From: Nemertoderma westbladi
Taxonomy: Eukaryota; Animalia; Xenacoelomorpha
NCBI GenBank assembly: GCA_032718475.1
Contig: JAUCBJ010005734.1
Span: 21,918-85,917, forward strand
DNA: 64,000 bases
Direction of reading: 5' to 3'
The notes beneath the pieces are model-generated. The model saw nothing but the letters and a program-made list of their open reading frames with translations. It did not search any database and was not told where the DNA came from. The position numbers and the translations under genes are program-made. Each line of letters begins with the position of its first letter. Within the stretch, counting starts at the first letter, position 1. Below are positions 1-12,541 of this stretch, in pieces.

Positions 1-69
1 GAGCATTCAGACAATTCCTTTATAGACAATCCTCCACAAAATACACCAACACAGAAAGCGTTACAACCA

Positions 70-3000
70 ATGGACGCTATCAGTACACAACAGTTCGCCG
101 ACATTCTGCGACCAGTTGTTAACAAGTTGGCTCAGATCGAGGAATGCTTGGAGGAAGTTCAAACAGATAGTTCGCGAAACACCGAATTCGAACACAATAG
201 AAACCCGAAGGAACCTCAAAGAGTGATACCTTCAAGAAACACCTCGTATCAAAGAAAAGCGCCAAGACAGGAGAACATCAACTTGATTGCCAACCAAGGA
301 CGCGAAACTTTGAATGTAGCCGAGGAGATAGCCAAATTCGCAGCCAGACAAGGACTACAGATGCAACAACCACCTAAGTTTTCCGGTAATTCTAAACATT
401 GGCACACGTTCATAGACTACATCGAATCTCAAATTGCGGCGTGCGCTTTTACCTCAAGGGAAAAGTTCAACTATTTGCTTCAAACTTTGACGGGAGAACC
501 AAAACGCTTAGCGGAGACTTCCGTTGGAGTACCAGATGCCTTCGAGTTAGCATACGATCGCTTAACTTCAATCTACGGAGGTACAGTCAGTATGGCCAAG
601 TCAGTGATAGAGGAACTCTGTAAGGGGGGGGGCTATTACTAAACCCGTCGACTTACTGAAGTTAGCTGACGAAATAAAAAACGCTATCACTACATTGAGA
701 TCTATTGGACAACTCGGTTACGGGAACACCCCTACAGTCCTATTAAAGATCATAGGAAGACTCCACCATCGACTTTGTCGGGAGTGGAGGAAGATCGAAT
801 ACCAGCGGGAAGAACGGGGTGGATTCTTGAAACTGGAAGATGTGTACTTATTAATATCCAGGGAAGCGGTAGTGGAGACACGATCCAACTACACTGACCA
901 ACACATCGTAGCAGAAGGAATCACCTTACCATCCTCAAACCGACAAAAACCCCAGACAACATCCACCAAGACGGCCACTTACGCCACATCGACAGAAACC
1001 CGACAATTTTCGGACGGTAGCCGCACCTATTGGGATCAAACAGACCAGACAACAACTGAGTGCAGATTGCCGGTTGCCAATACTGCGAGCAGCTAGGCAA
1101 GCGGCACACCACTCACAAGTTAAGAGGTTGTCGGCTGTTTCGTGAGTTAAACTCGGAAGAACGACGGCTGCAGATACGGCCATTGGACTCTTGTTGGCGG
1201 TGTACTCAACACGGACACGTCCGCAATGATTGTCCAAATACAGACACTTGTCCATCCTGTGGACGCAACCACGACGGTTTGCTCCATACGGACAGCCATA
1301 CGCCGACCAAACGCTTCACTAGGGAACACCCAGAAGCAGCAGCGAAATGTAATACGGCCTACAAGAATCGTGAATCGAGAACGACTCCAACGTTCGTGAC
1401 GCATATTCGGGATTGTTTCCCAGAGCAATCCGGGTCTTCTGACGAAGAAACCGAGGACGACGACATATACTCAGATGGAGACGAACAACCATCGATCGCG
1501 CTTCTGACGACTGACCAACTAAAAGGTTTCAGCGTAATTCCTATTAAGATTACTGGCACCAAAGGGAGCAAAAGGATCTACGCTATTCTAGATTCAGCCT
1601 CATCTCACAGCTATGTGGATGAGAAGGTAGCTGATGTCGTGACGGATCTCCGACAAGGTAAGAACGTCAGTTACACCGTAAGTAGTATGCATGGACAACG
1701 TGCAATACCAGTGACACGAGTTAAGTTAAACTTAGACACTCTTCTTCCGAAATCGCAACACAGCGAAAAGGAGAGGTCTTTGTTACCCTTTAAGGATTTG
1801 ACTTTTGCGGCCACCAAGGACTTTAGTAACCTACTGGGTCCAGTGCCGGAACAATCCCTAGAGGACCGTAAGTATTTCAGACACCTTGGTGTACCTGAAT
1901 GTCCTGTCAACTATAGATCAGTAGCAATGCTGATCGGGACGGATCAATTCAATTTACATCAAGTGTGGGAAACCAGACCATCGGTAGTCGTAGCAGGAAA
2001 TGCATACGCCTGTCGAACTCCGATAGGTTGGTATACTCGAGCGCCTGTGCGCACACTAGATATAAGCGATGAGGAAGACGATGTACAAAGTACATGTAGT
2101 TTATTAACTACAACTTCAACTCATTCCTTTTCACACGACAAGGACTATACTACACTACGTTCGACAAAACACAACAACGTTACAAGTACGACGTCTGTAG
2201 CTAATACGATAAGTCACAAAGAGCAGCCAATCCACCAGGTTAGTATAAAGATTGAGAAGGAGCGGAGTCAGGCAGAGGTTCCATCAACGATAGATGATAA
2301 CGCCGGAAGGCTTGTGAGTCTACCTCAACCAATAACTTCAACAACGCCCATCGATGAAGACGCGTTAAGAAATCATCAAGTGGAACAAGCTGCACTAGAC
2401 AAGGAATTAACAGAGAAAACTATCAGGTGGTTAGAACAAGACACAGCCGAACCTGGTAGTTACGAACCATGTATGTCGGAACAAGAGAAACAATCTTTAA
2501 AGATCATGGAAGATACTATCCGCCAGACGAAAGACGGACATTATGAGGTAGGGATGCTATGGCGTAACCAACGTCCTAAACTTGCAAATAACTATCCGCT
2601 AGCCTTACGACGCTTACACTCAATACGACAACGTTTATTGAAGGACGAGAAAGCCCATCTGCAGTACAATACTCAGATGGAGACGTATTTGACGAAAGGA
2701 TACGCTATCAGAATGACAAACCCAGAGATTGTGACTGACCAGACATACTACTTGCCACATCACTACGTGAGACACCCCGATAAACCAGACAAAGTACGTG
2801 TAGTCAATGACTGCGCGGCTCTGTTTGAGGGAATGTCTCTCAATAGTGAGTTGATGGATGGACCAAACATGAATAATTATCTCATGGGGGTGATTATGCG
2901 CTTCCGTCAGCGCCAAGTAGCATTTACTTGTGACGTAGAAGCGATGTTTCACCAAGTGCGAGCGTTAGAGCGAGACAGAGACAGTTTGAGGTTCCTCTGG

Positions 3001-6000
3001 TACCCGGATGGAGACTTAAGTCAACCACCGGCGACTTACCAAATGCAAGTTCGCGTTTTCGGTGCCAGGGACAGTCCAAACTGCACTATGTACGCCCTAA
3101 AACAAACCGCTAGGGATCAGAAACATAAATATGACCCAGAGGTAATCCAAATCGTAGAACGAGACTTTTATGTGGACGATGGATTACAAAGTTGTGACAC
3201 AGTAGAACGTGCTATAACAGTAGCACATCAATTACGGGACTGTTTAGCAGGCGGAGGTTTTAACCTCACTAAGTTTGCCTCAAACAGCGCCGAATTAGTA
3301 AATTCATTCGAAACGACTGAACGTGGGGGTGGGGACATTGACTTAGAGTTCGAACCACTGCCGACGACCAAGGTGTTGGGACTATTTTGGGACCCGAACA
3401 CAGACAACTTTCGAGTGAAAGTAAAACTGGACGCTGAAGGGGATTCTCTGACAAAGAGGTCTTGCTTGTCGAAACTAAGCAGACTGTTCGATCCATTAGG
3501 TTTCATCAGCCCAATAATACTGCAAGCAAGAATATATATGCGCAGTATTTGGAAAGATGGACTGACATGGGACGAACCGATCTCATCCGAACAAGTGGAC
3601 TTATGGAAGACTTGGGAGGCACAATTATCTTCGCTAGAGGATTATTCCATACTAGATATAGTCCGTTTTTACAGACGACATTTCCTGACAACTTAGAATT
3701 ACATTGTTTTTCCGACGCCAGTGACAACGGCTTTGGTGTGACAGCGTATTTGCGCAGACAAGTAGACTCAGATGAGTTTGATGTATCGCTCATTACTTCT
3801 AAGGCTAAAACAATGCCTACTAAGTATATGACGACACCACGCGCTGAGCTACAAGCCGCAACTCTGTCAACGACAATTGTAAACCTCATACAGACTGAAC
3901 TACAGTCAAGTTTACAGATATTTTATTGGACTGACGCGACGTTAGTTTTATTTTATATAAACAACGACACACTTGAATTCAAGACATTCGTAGCTAACCG
4001 TCGTGCAGAAATTCTAGACCGTTCAATAAAGGAAGATTGGCGACATTGTCCCGGACCACAAAATCCAGCTGATATTGCGTCGCGAGGAATGATGCCTGAG
4101 GAATTCTGTAAACCGGAAAACAAGAAATTTTGGCAACACGGACCACAATTCTTACAAAGAGCAACACAACATCGGGCCACTTTACGATAACAAGTTTAAT
4201 ACTATTCCTAAGGACGCCGAAATTAAAAAACCAAAGAAAGGTAAAGCAAAGAAAAAGACAACGGCGAAACTTAAGAAGAAACCAAAGGCGAAATGGAAAA
4301 ATATAACTTACAAAGTTAAGGCAGGAAGACTTGCGAGCCTTTCTCAACCAGACGTATCGCCAGACAGTCAACCAGACACGTTACCAGACGGTCAACTAGA
4401 CATTTTGCCAGACATGTCACTAGACGTTTCGCCGGATGTTCCGCGAAACATTTTACCAGACATTTCACAAGATGTTCTACCAGACATTAGTAACGTAGCG
4501 ACACATAGTAAAGCCGCAGTTTCCCTATTGGAGCGGCCTTCTATTGACAAACTACCAAACTTGACACCCTTGAGTAACCATAAGTACAGTGAAACCTCAT
4601 GTATTACAGATGTGGGTAGTACCTACGCTAATGTAAATACAGGTGTTACTTTATGCTCAAGAGACATACCAACCTTACAACCTACGGTGAGACCTGGGAT
4701 TAATATCGGCAGAAAAACAAATTTACCGAAACCCAGCGATCCCATAGAGTTAAAACCACCATTACGAATCGACACACAAAGTAATGACAATCAAGGTAAG
4801 AAGACAAAGAAGGACAAATTACTTGTAGACCCGGACGGATCAACAGTCAACAAGGGAATACTTACCGGCGGACTTGTGGGCCCATCTAGTAAAACAAAAC
4901 CTTCCAAATTCTCCATTGACTTACCTGATGACGTCACAAATACTTACGTCGACCGTATTGTAAATTTGACAGATTCTTGGACAAACGCATGCCGAAAATT
5001 AGCGTGGATTGTACGTTTTGTACAATACGTTAAAGGCAAACGCAACTTTACACGTCGACTCACATTGACTGAGATTGACAGATGTGAAATTAAATTAATT
5101 CGCATTACCAATTGCGATATTTTGCACGCGAATTCACATCTATAAGTCAAGGTCAACCAATCAAGTCGTCACCAATACTGAGTTGGAGTCCGATAATTTA
5201 TAATGGCTTAATTTGTCATAAATCTCGGCTTCAAAACATTGACTTTAATACTGATTTTAGATACCCGATAATAATACCACAACATCACGAATTACAACGT
5301 GCAATGATACTGGACGCACATTTACATCTAAAACACGCTGGAAGACACCACTGTCTTTCCTACTTACGTACAAGATTTGTATTAATTAGACCCAGTAAAG
5401 CGCTAAGTTCAGTGACACGTATGTGTCTTATTTGTAAAAAGGTACATTCTAGAATAAGTACCCAAGAAATGAGTGAACTTCCACAAGCACGACTACAGGC
5501 ATTCAGACCACCCTTCACAGAGACTGGAATTGACTGCTTTGGTCCCATACATACGAAACGTGGACGTATACTAGTAAAACGCTGGGGACTGATTTTCACA
5601 TGCATGTCCAGTAGGGCAGTTCATCTTTCCACCAATGCCTTTATACTAGCATTGCGGCGATTTATCGCTAGACGCGGACTAGTGAAATGCTTGTACTCAG
5701 ACCAAGGTACAAACTTCGTTGGTGCTCGAAATGAAATTGCTAGAGCCTTTAAGAAATTAGATCATGATCAAATCTCAAACGAACTACGTCCTTACAAGAT
5801 TGTTTGGAAGTTTAATCCTCCAGACAGTCCATGGAGAGGCGGAGTCTGGGAGAGATTGATTAGATCTATAAAAACAGCCATGGCAAAAGTAATTCCTGTA
5901 AACCACATCTTGACAGACAACCAACTGACGACATTGTTTGTTGAAATCGAGGCAATACTAAATACTAGACCAATAGTATTAGTACCCGATGACAAACAAT

Positions 6001-6420
6001 CCCAGTTTGCTTTAACACCGGCACACCTGCTGATGCAGGCACCGACTACATTAACGCCTATTTCTATTCCAATAGAAGGCGATAGCTACGGTAGAAAAGC
6101 GTGGAAAATCACGCAACTACTAGCCAACAAATTCTGGGAAATATGGCAAAACCATTATTTGCCCTCTATTTCTGCCAGAACAACTTGGTACAACAAAACT
6201 CGCGCTTTAAGAGCGGGAGATCATGTGCTGTTAGCAGAAGTGAATCTAAAAAGACGCTTCTGGATAACAGGTGTAATTTTAGACACACATCCATCTATGG
6301 ATGGAGTGACAAGGACTGTGACTGTACGGACAATTGACGGTCGTACAGTAGACAGACCGACTTAAAGTCTCGTACTTCTGGAAGAGACGCGAAACAAGTC
6401 TGGAGATTACAAGTCTCCAA
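70..6420 (+). pseudogene. E1 gag-pol, frameshifted
   Basis: Gag PKFSG..W..F...EKFNYLLQTLTGEP; knuckles CQYC..H..C, CWRC..H..C, CPSC..H..LLH; protease ILDSAS; RT LPHH..VRVVND, DVEAMFHQ, FYVDD; RNase H LHCFSDAS, NPADIASRG; integrase HHCC, DCFGP, SDQGTNF, GGVWERL. Split over ORFs 70, 695, 1060, 3462, 4405 and 5112. Confidence 0.95.
4346..4490 (+). repeat. Degenerate 12-bp coding repeat (xPDx)n in the E1 RNase H-integrase linker
   Basis: QPDVSPDSQPDTLPDGQLDILPDMSLDVSPDVP..., with recurring CCAGAC. Confidence 0.7.
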
Positions 6421-7099
6421 CTAATGTTAGTAAATAGTAAGGAGTTTACAAATAGATTTCCACGTACCTGTACACTGTAGTAAACACAGCGGTAGAATTC
6501 CATTGTCTTTATATGTGAACATTAAGGGTAGTACCCTTATGTGTCACATAGGAGCGGGATTTGTAGGTATAAGAAATGGAATTCTACTTGGAACTCACAA
6601 TATTGAGACATTTTCAAAATTTTAGAAAATCCATTTGGATTTGAAAAAATTTTAAAATTTTCTCCAGTGAATAGATTTCAGGGTACAGTCGGGTGGAACT
6701 TAAAATTAGAGAAACAAGAGAACGGAAGACTCGCGAGCCTTTCTTAAATTTTAATAAAATTTACACGGTCTTGTTTCAATAAGTTACGTCAAATAATAGA
6801 CTTCCCTATATTTATTACTAACTCTTGATTGCTTATTTTCTGATAATAGTTTGGGATCAAAAAGTGAGTATTTTAGACTCACAGCCAGTTTAGCCCAAAT
6901 TCGTTTTTATTTCGGCAAAAAATTTTAGATAAGAAGCAGCGTGTCATTAAAGAAACCCTAGATCTTAGGCTATGGGTAGGAGGTTAGAGCATTGTCGAGC
7001 CAAAAGGGCAGACGAAAACTCTCACATCTCCTCACAACTAACAATAAACTCTGTTGTATTCCCTCTAGTAGCAATGATTATGTAACTACACTTCTAATA

Positions 7100-10000
7100 A
7101 TGGCGAAAGGGATACATGGAGAGACGAGATGGGGATATGATATCCAAGAGGAAGCAGCAGCGCCATTCGAACGATTTGGAGCTAAGGATTACACCATATT
7201 TGGAATAAAGGATTTATCAGAAAGTACAGCGAAACTCGCAAAGACCAAATATGACTCGAACGTATTAAAGAGAAGGCAAAATGCGTTAAATGAAAGAATC
7301 GAAAGTTTACGCAAAACCTTCAATGAACTTTACCCGTACGACGGTTTATGTGATACGGGAGATATTAGCGAAGATCCCGACACCGAAATTAGTCGTTTGT
7401 ATCATACTATGCAATACCTGAAGGCGCACGAACCTATGCCCGCGGTACGCGATGAATTCGATGGAATGCATCTTTACAGACGAACTTGAGGGGACGATAG
7501 AGAAACAAAGGAAGCATTTTCAGTTTATAAACTTTATTATCAATGTGGTGCTTGTATGCGCGAACAACGAAATGCGATTCCGATGCGTTTGAATAAGGAA
7601 AATCCCGAACCGATATTGGCGAGGTGTTCGAACCATCAACAACTACGCTACCAGGAAGGAGGGTATCCTTCATCGAATCCATATCATTCATTCGCTATGA
7701 CTGGACCAAAGGCGGGAGAAATTGTCGTTTACCCACCTAAGGTTGTTGAACCCGATGTATTTGAACTTACGCTGGACGAGGCGACTCAGTCAACCCGCGA
7801 AAAGAAAGAAGCTCTTAGCCTATACAGAGCCTACAAGGCTTTCGAGAAAGGTGAGATGGAAGAATGGGGCGGAAGACTCGCGAGCCTACCTTACCATTGG
7901 ACGTCACACGATCAAACTTCAGCTAAGGAGATGACACCGGAAGTTTTCGAGAGTATAAACTTTGCTCAAAACGTTATTCAGAGACTACAGATTGCATCCC
8001 CGGAAAGGACAAGAGAAATGCAACCGTATAGTACTTCAACTACGAAACCATTGAGTACGACACTCAATTTCCCTATTAGTATACCAGTTCGACAAGATAC
8101 AACGTATGAAATACCTATTGTGGATCATCCGGAAATCATTTCGAACTTAGAGTTTCTTCCTGCAGTTGTTCTAAGCGATATGGTTAAGATATATGATTTA
8201 CGTAGACATATTACACAAAAGGTCGTGCATAATGTCCGCCTCATATTCAAGACTTTAGGGAACTGGATAGAGCTGGCGCTGATATAGCTCCGAGTAACCT
8301 GAAAGGATATTTAACCAAAACAATTCGCTTATGGATTGGAACAGGAACCTTTGAGTCGGATACAGATATCGCTGCGGACTGGCAAGGTAAAGTCATTCGT
8401 TTCGAGGACGAGAAAGACATAGAGAAGATTTGGCAACCTTCGGAAGAATTATTGGATGAATGGAATAGGACGTTTAGATCTTTTCAGGAAAACGGTTACA
8501 TGTTTTATGATAACGAGGGCGGCAGCCATCAGCAGAGTCTAACCTCCAAGACTATACAAATTAGAGCGGCAGACGGAGTTTTGCATGTTTTCAGTAGACA
8601 AAGGAGCGACAAGCGAATGCCGATACCTCCAGGAACTACCAAGCGGCACCATTTCATCACTAATATAGTAAAGAAAATGGACCAAGCTTGCAATATCGAT
8701 GCTAGAATGTTACCAAAGATGGTGAGAAATATGATTTTAGATAAAACTGTTGTAAAGATTGGATCAGGAGTAAGAGAGGACTTAATTAGCGACTTCGCCG
8801 GCATGTCGGACAGTGACGACCAATTACCGACACCTTACGTCGACACTCGACCTCTTATACTGTGGTCTATAGAATAAGGATACTTCCGTGAGTATGATAC
8901 TCAGAAAACCGGAACTGGATACATTTCCTACTTGATGTTTAATTGGGATTACAAGGAAAGTAAAAGAACAAAGTATATCGAAACGTATGGAGAAGGTGAT
9001 ACTCCAGATATAAATGAGTTTGAATCACAGCTCAAATGGAGAGGATGCGTATATTGGGCTATTACTTCACCTCCAAGAGCGGTACTACAATATTATTTAG
9101 CGATAGAGTCATCAGTGAATGTTTGCTTAGTCGCCGACATTGTGTCTCGGACTCTTAAAAGACATCCACTTTGCCTCGGAGAAGATCATACATTCTATGC
9201 GGAAGGGAGAATTCATACCGATGTGTTTAGACGGTTTCTCGAACCCTTCTACAATTCCGACGCTCAGTGTAATGCCTTCACTCGAGCAGGATTTAGTATA
9301 TTTCGAGACGTGTATCTTCGCTGTGCGGGATCTCTTATCGAAAGACCATCTACGTTTACATTGTTACCCTATGAAGGAGAACGTATCGTGGAGCTTACCG
9401 ACGAATCACGGCACACGCGCGCGCCTATCGGTCACTTAGGTGATGATTTCGAAGTAACGACGACCATCGATGATCCTTTAGAGGAACTTCTTGAGATTGA
9501 AAGGAACCTCCCGAAGAAATCTCAGACGGAGATTCGACAATTAGAAGCAACAGATGCTGTAGTTTGCATACAACCTTCTGAAACATACCAACCTATCGAC
9601 CCAGACGATTACGACTATAGTGTGGGAGGAAGCGCTCGACCCATTGGCGATCTTATATATGAGCGAGTGTGGTACCCTGCTAATACGATATGTGGTAAAT
9701 GTGGCGTCGCTGGCCATCATTCGACAAAGTGCAGTGGAAAGCACATTACTACAACTCAACTAATCTGTGGATGGTGTGGAGATCAAGGGTCCCATACATT
9801 TTATACTTGCTGGAGATTTATGGCTCAATGCACATACTGTAATATAAAGGGACACCGAGCATCTGAATGTCAATTGAGAGACATACCTTACGAACACGAA
9901 TCTGTAAAACTCGTGCGAAAACTATTTGATGATTGGGAAGATTTGGCTGATGAACATGTATCGGCGCAAAGAAGACGGTTCCCGATGAGAGCGCATCTTG

Positions 10001-10821
10001 GATTTTGGGCGGTAAATCCTCAAACTATGATGTCGGAAGGATATATCTCCGCTATGCCACAATATGACGAACTCATCGAGGTAGTTGATATTTTGCCTCA
10101 CGATAGTGGATTCCGAGTTGTGCGCGAATGTTTGTTACAGATACACCCTGACAATAAGAATACATGGAATTTCCAGAAAGTCGTTAATCGTATCACGTAT
10201 GGTGAATTTGATCGTTTCTGAATGGAAAAGCGGAACAAGGGAGCTTGGTTAACCGTCGCATGGGCGTACCGAGCCGCGTTCTACCATAAACGTATACGAG
10301 CGAGCGTATTCGAGGAAGAGAAGGTCCTAGAGGCGACCAACATACCAGCTACTCCAGTCGCGCCGTCTGCACGTCACCCTCGGGAGGACGGACAGCACAG
10401 GATCATACGGGTTCAGAAAGTGGGCCAACAATTAAAGAAAACTATCAATGTTGAAGAACGAAGGGGATACGAACCGACTATTCGAATTACTCAGGATACG
10501 GTTTCGCTTCCCAGAGAACCGCAAGGAGGATCGGGACATATACCAGCTGATCAAAAGGGGGCGCAAGCTTCTCTTGGGTCTGCGTCGTCCGCTTCTCGCG
10601 CGTTCCCAGACGTTTTACCAGCGGTAGATACAACCGATCGGTCACGAGGAATTGGACGAGGATTTGGGATAACTAAGAGACGAATATGTGAGACAATGGT
10701 CGTACCATCTCCCAACGTCCAAAGTAAACCAGTGGCTCGCCCCACAAGTCCCATATCACGAGCTAAATCACCGATACGCAGTTTTCGAGGACGTGGCAGG
10801 GCTCGATCCGCTAAGCGTTAA
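7100..10821 (+). pseudogene. E1 accessory ORF3: novel Cys/His domain + DEDDy-like 3'-5' exonuclease + 3 CCHC zinc knuckles + basic tail (~1240 aa reconstructed)
   Basis: ORFs 6992/7556 share one frame and 8452/8932/10222 share another. They are joined by single in-frame stops (7487, 8875, 10219) and a frameshift near 8170-8230. Motifs: MFYDNE, TIQI, MILDKTVVKIGSGVREDL, YVDTRPL, QYYLAIES; CGKC..H..C, CGWC..H..C, CTYC..H..C. Confidence 0.8.
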
Positions 10822-10869
10822 AGCGGGAAGGAAGGAGTGGACGGAAGACTCGTGAGCCTTTCTTATGAA

Positions 10870-11470
10870 TTGTTTGTTTTATGTATTATTTTATGCATTG
10901 TTTAGGTAAATTGAATTGTTTATGTAAATTGAATTGTTTATGTAAATTGAATTGTTTGTGTAATTTGTATTGTTTAAAATTTATATTGCTCTAAATTTAT
11001 GCAATTTATATTGTTCTAAATTTATGCAATTCATATTATTCTAAATTTATGGAATTTACATTGTTCTAAACTTATGTATTTGTATTGTTCCAATTTGAAA
11101 TTTAGAAAGTTTATATTTAGAAGGAATTTATATTTGAAAGATTTATATTTCATATTTGAGATGTAAAAGGAGTTTATATTATTCTAAACTTATGCAGTAT
11201 TATTCTAAACTTATGCAATTTAGTAAAGATTTATTTAGAAAGTGCTATATTTGTAGTCATTCCAAACTTATGCAATTTATTGTTTTGAATATTATGCAAT
11301 TTATATTTTATAAAGAAGCAGTATTTGTATTCACAGTAAATAGAAGGCAAGAGCAGACGGAAGACTTGTGAGCCTTTCTTGTGATTTATTTGAAATTATC
11401 CGAACTTATGCAATTTGTTTTATATTTAAGTAGTATTAGTATTTGTGATTGTTTGAATTTATGCAATATT
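10870..11470 (+). repeat. AT-rich degenerate repeats upstream of the E1 3' LTR
   Basis: GTAAATTGAATTGTTTAT about 3 times, then multiple TTCTAAAYTTATGCAATTT-like units. Confidence 0.7.
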
Positions 11471-11712
11471 TGAGATGCAATAGATTTATTTTGGTGAATT
11501 TAATTTAGATTTATATTGTACTTACTTAATAAAGCCTTAAATACGTAAAGTTTGAATTTGTAATTATTTTGTATCGAATTATTATGTAGAGGTATTATTG
11601 TTGAGATTTAATTTGTAAATATGTAAGTACGTCCCAAGTATTCCATAATTTGATTAGTATTGGTGAAAACCGTATATTTTATGCACGATAATATCCTGTT
11701 TTCATGGAGCGG

Positions 11713-12541
11713 TATAGAATTATATTCTCATAAATGCCGTGGATTTTCAAAATTTTATTTTGTTCGAATTAACTTTGCTATAAAGATTACATTAAGTCCT
11801 CATTTGTATTTACTATATCTATTTGTACGATGATTATTCAAGTGGTTCAGTAGCTCAGTCAGTAAAGCGTTGGAAATTATATGTAGTAGGTATCGAGTTC
11901 GAATCCTAGTAGGTGCGAATTATTTTTGTGCTAAGTTTCAACTCATTTAAATTAACCGCTACAAATTAAATTGCATTTGCTCGAAGTAGATTAACCAATG
12001 GGATTGCAGTTATTAGATAGTAACCAATGTCGTGCAAGTTATATATTCGCTGGACCAATAGTTATCTTTAAAAACCTATTAGAACTCATAGAACAATCGA
12101 GAATTTTCTCGATTGATTGCAGCACAAATTTGCTATAAAAGGTGCGATTTGTTCATTAGTTATTAGTATACATCATTATCATTCTTGCTTATCCTAATCT
12201 ATAACTTTACTAGATTATCACTTATTAGTTATCTATTAGTTTCTTGTTACGTTTACGTATATCTTTTGTAATAAAAGTTAGAAATACTTGTTACATCTGC
12301 CCTTTTCCTATCATGTTTTACCACGGTGAACTTAACTGAGGGACAGGATGGCAGGCTAAACATCGGGCCACAGTGATGAACGGGAACATCTGAGGAATGT
12401 AGAAGGAGACAACCCGCAATATCATTCCTAGTTATTCACCCATCGCCTGAAAGGTTAGACAGCGTTCAATGCCTCGCTACCTAAGTGTAAGACCAAAGAT
12501 CGAAGGTAGAGGTAGTGACACGCTGTGCGCTAAAATTTACA
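11713..12541 (+). repeat. Putative E1 3' LTR
   Basis: Starts right after GGAGCGG. Contains three CCAAT boxes (~11995-12060), TATAAAA at 12134 and AATAAA at 12270. The candidate end AAATTTACA gives ~830 bp, similar to the E3 LTRs. No partner LTR is in the window. Confidence 0.55.
11844..11916 (+). promoter_or_regulatory. tRNA-derived Pol III A/B box cassette inside putative E1 LTR
   Basis: TAGCTCAGTCAGTAAAGC (A box/D arm) and GAGTTCGAATCC (B box) at tRNA spacing. Acceptor and T stems do not pair. Confidence 0.6.

Larger units (their letters stand above)
1..12541 (+). mobile_element. BEL/Pao LTR retrotransposon E1 (5' part outside window), degenerate, with large accessory ORF
   Basis: Gag-PR-RT-RH-IN order with BEL-type triple Cys/His knuckles. 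A PPT-like GGAGCGG at 11706 is followed by an LTR-like region. The right end is inferred. Confidence 0.9.

Noticed and set aside
1060-1096. Programmed gag-pol frameshift
   Set aside because: BEL/Pao elements usually have a single ORF and this copy has many other frameshifts. No slippery heptamer is evident.
7100-10821. env gene
   Set aside because: No signal peptide, transmembrane helix or glycoprotein cysteine pattern. Motifs indicate a nucleic-acid-binding protein.
11844-11916. Functional tRNA gene
   Set aside because: Acceptor and T stems do not pair and there is no clear anticodon arm.
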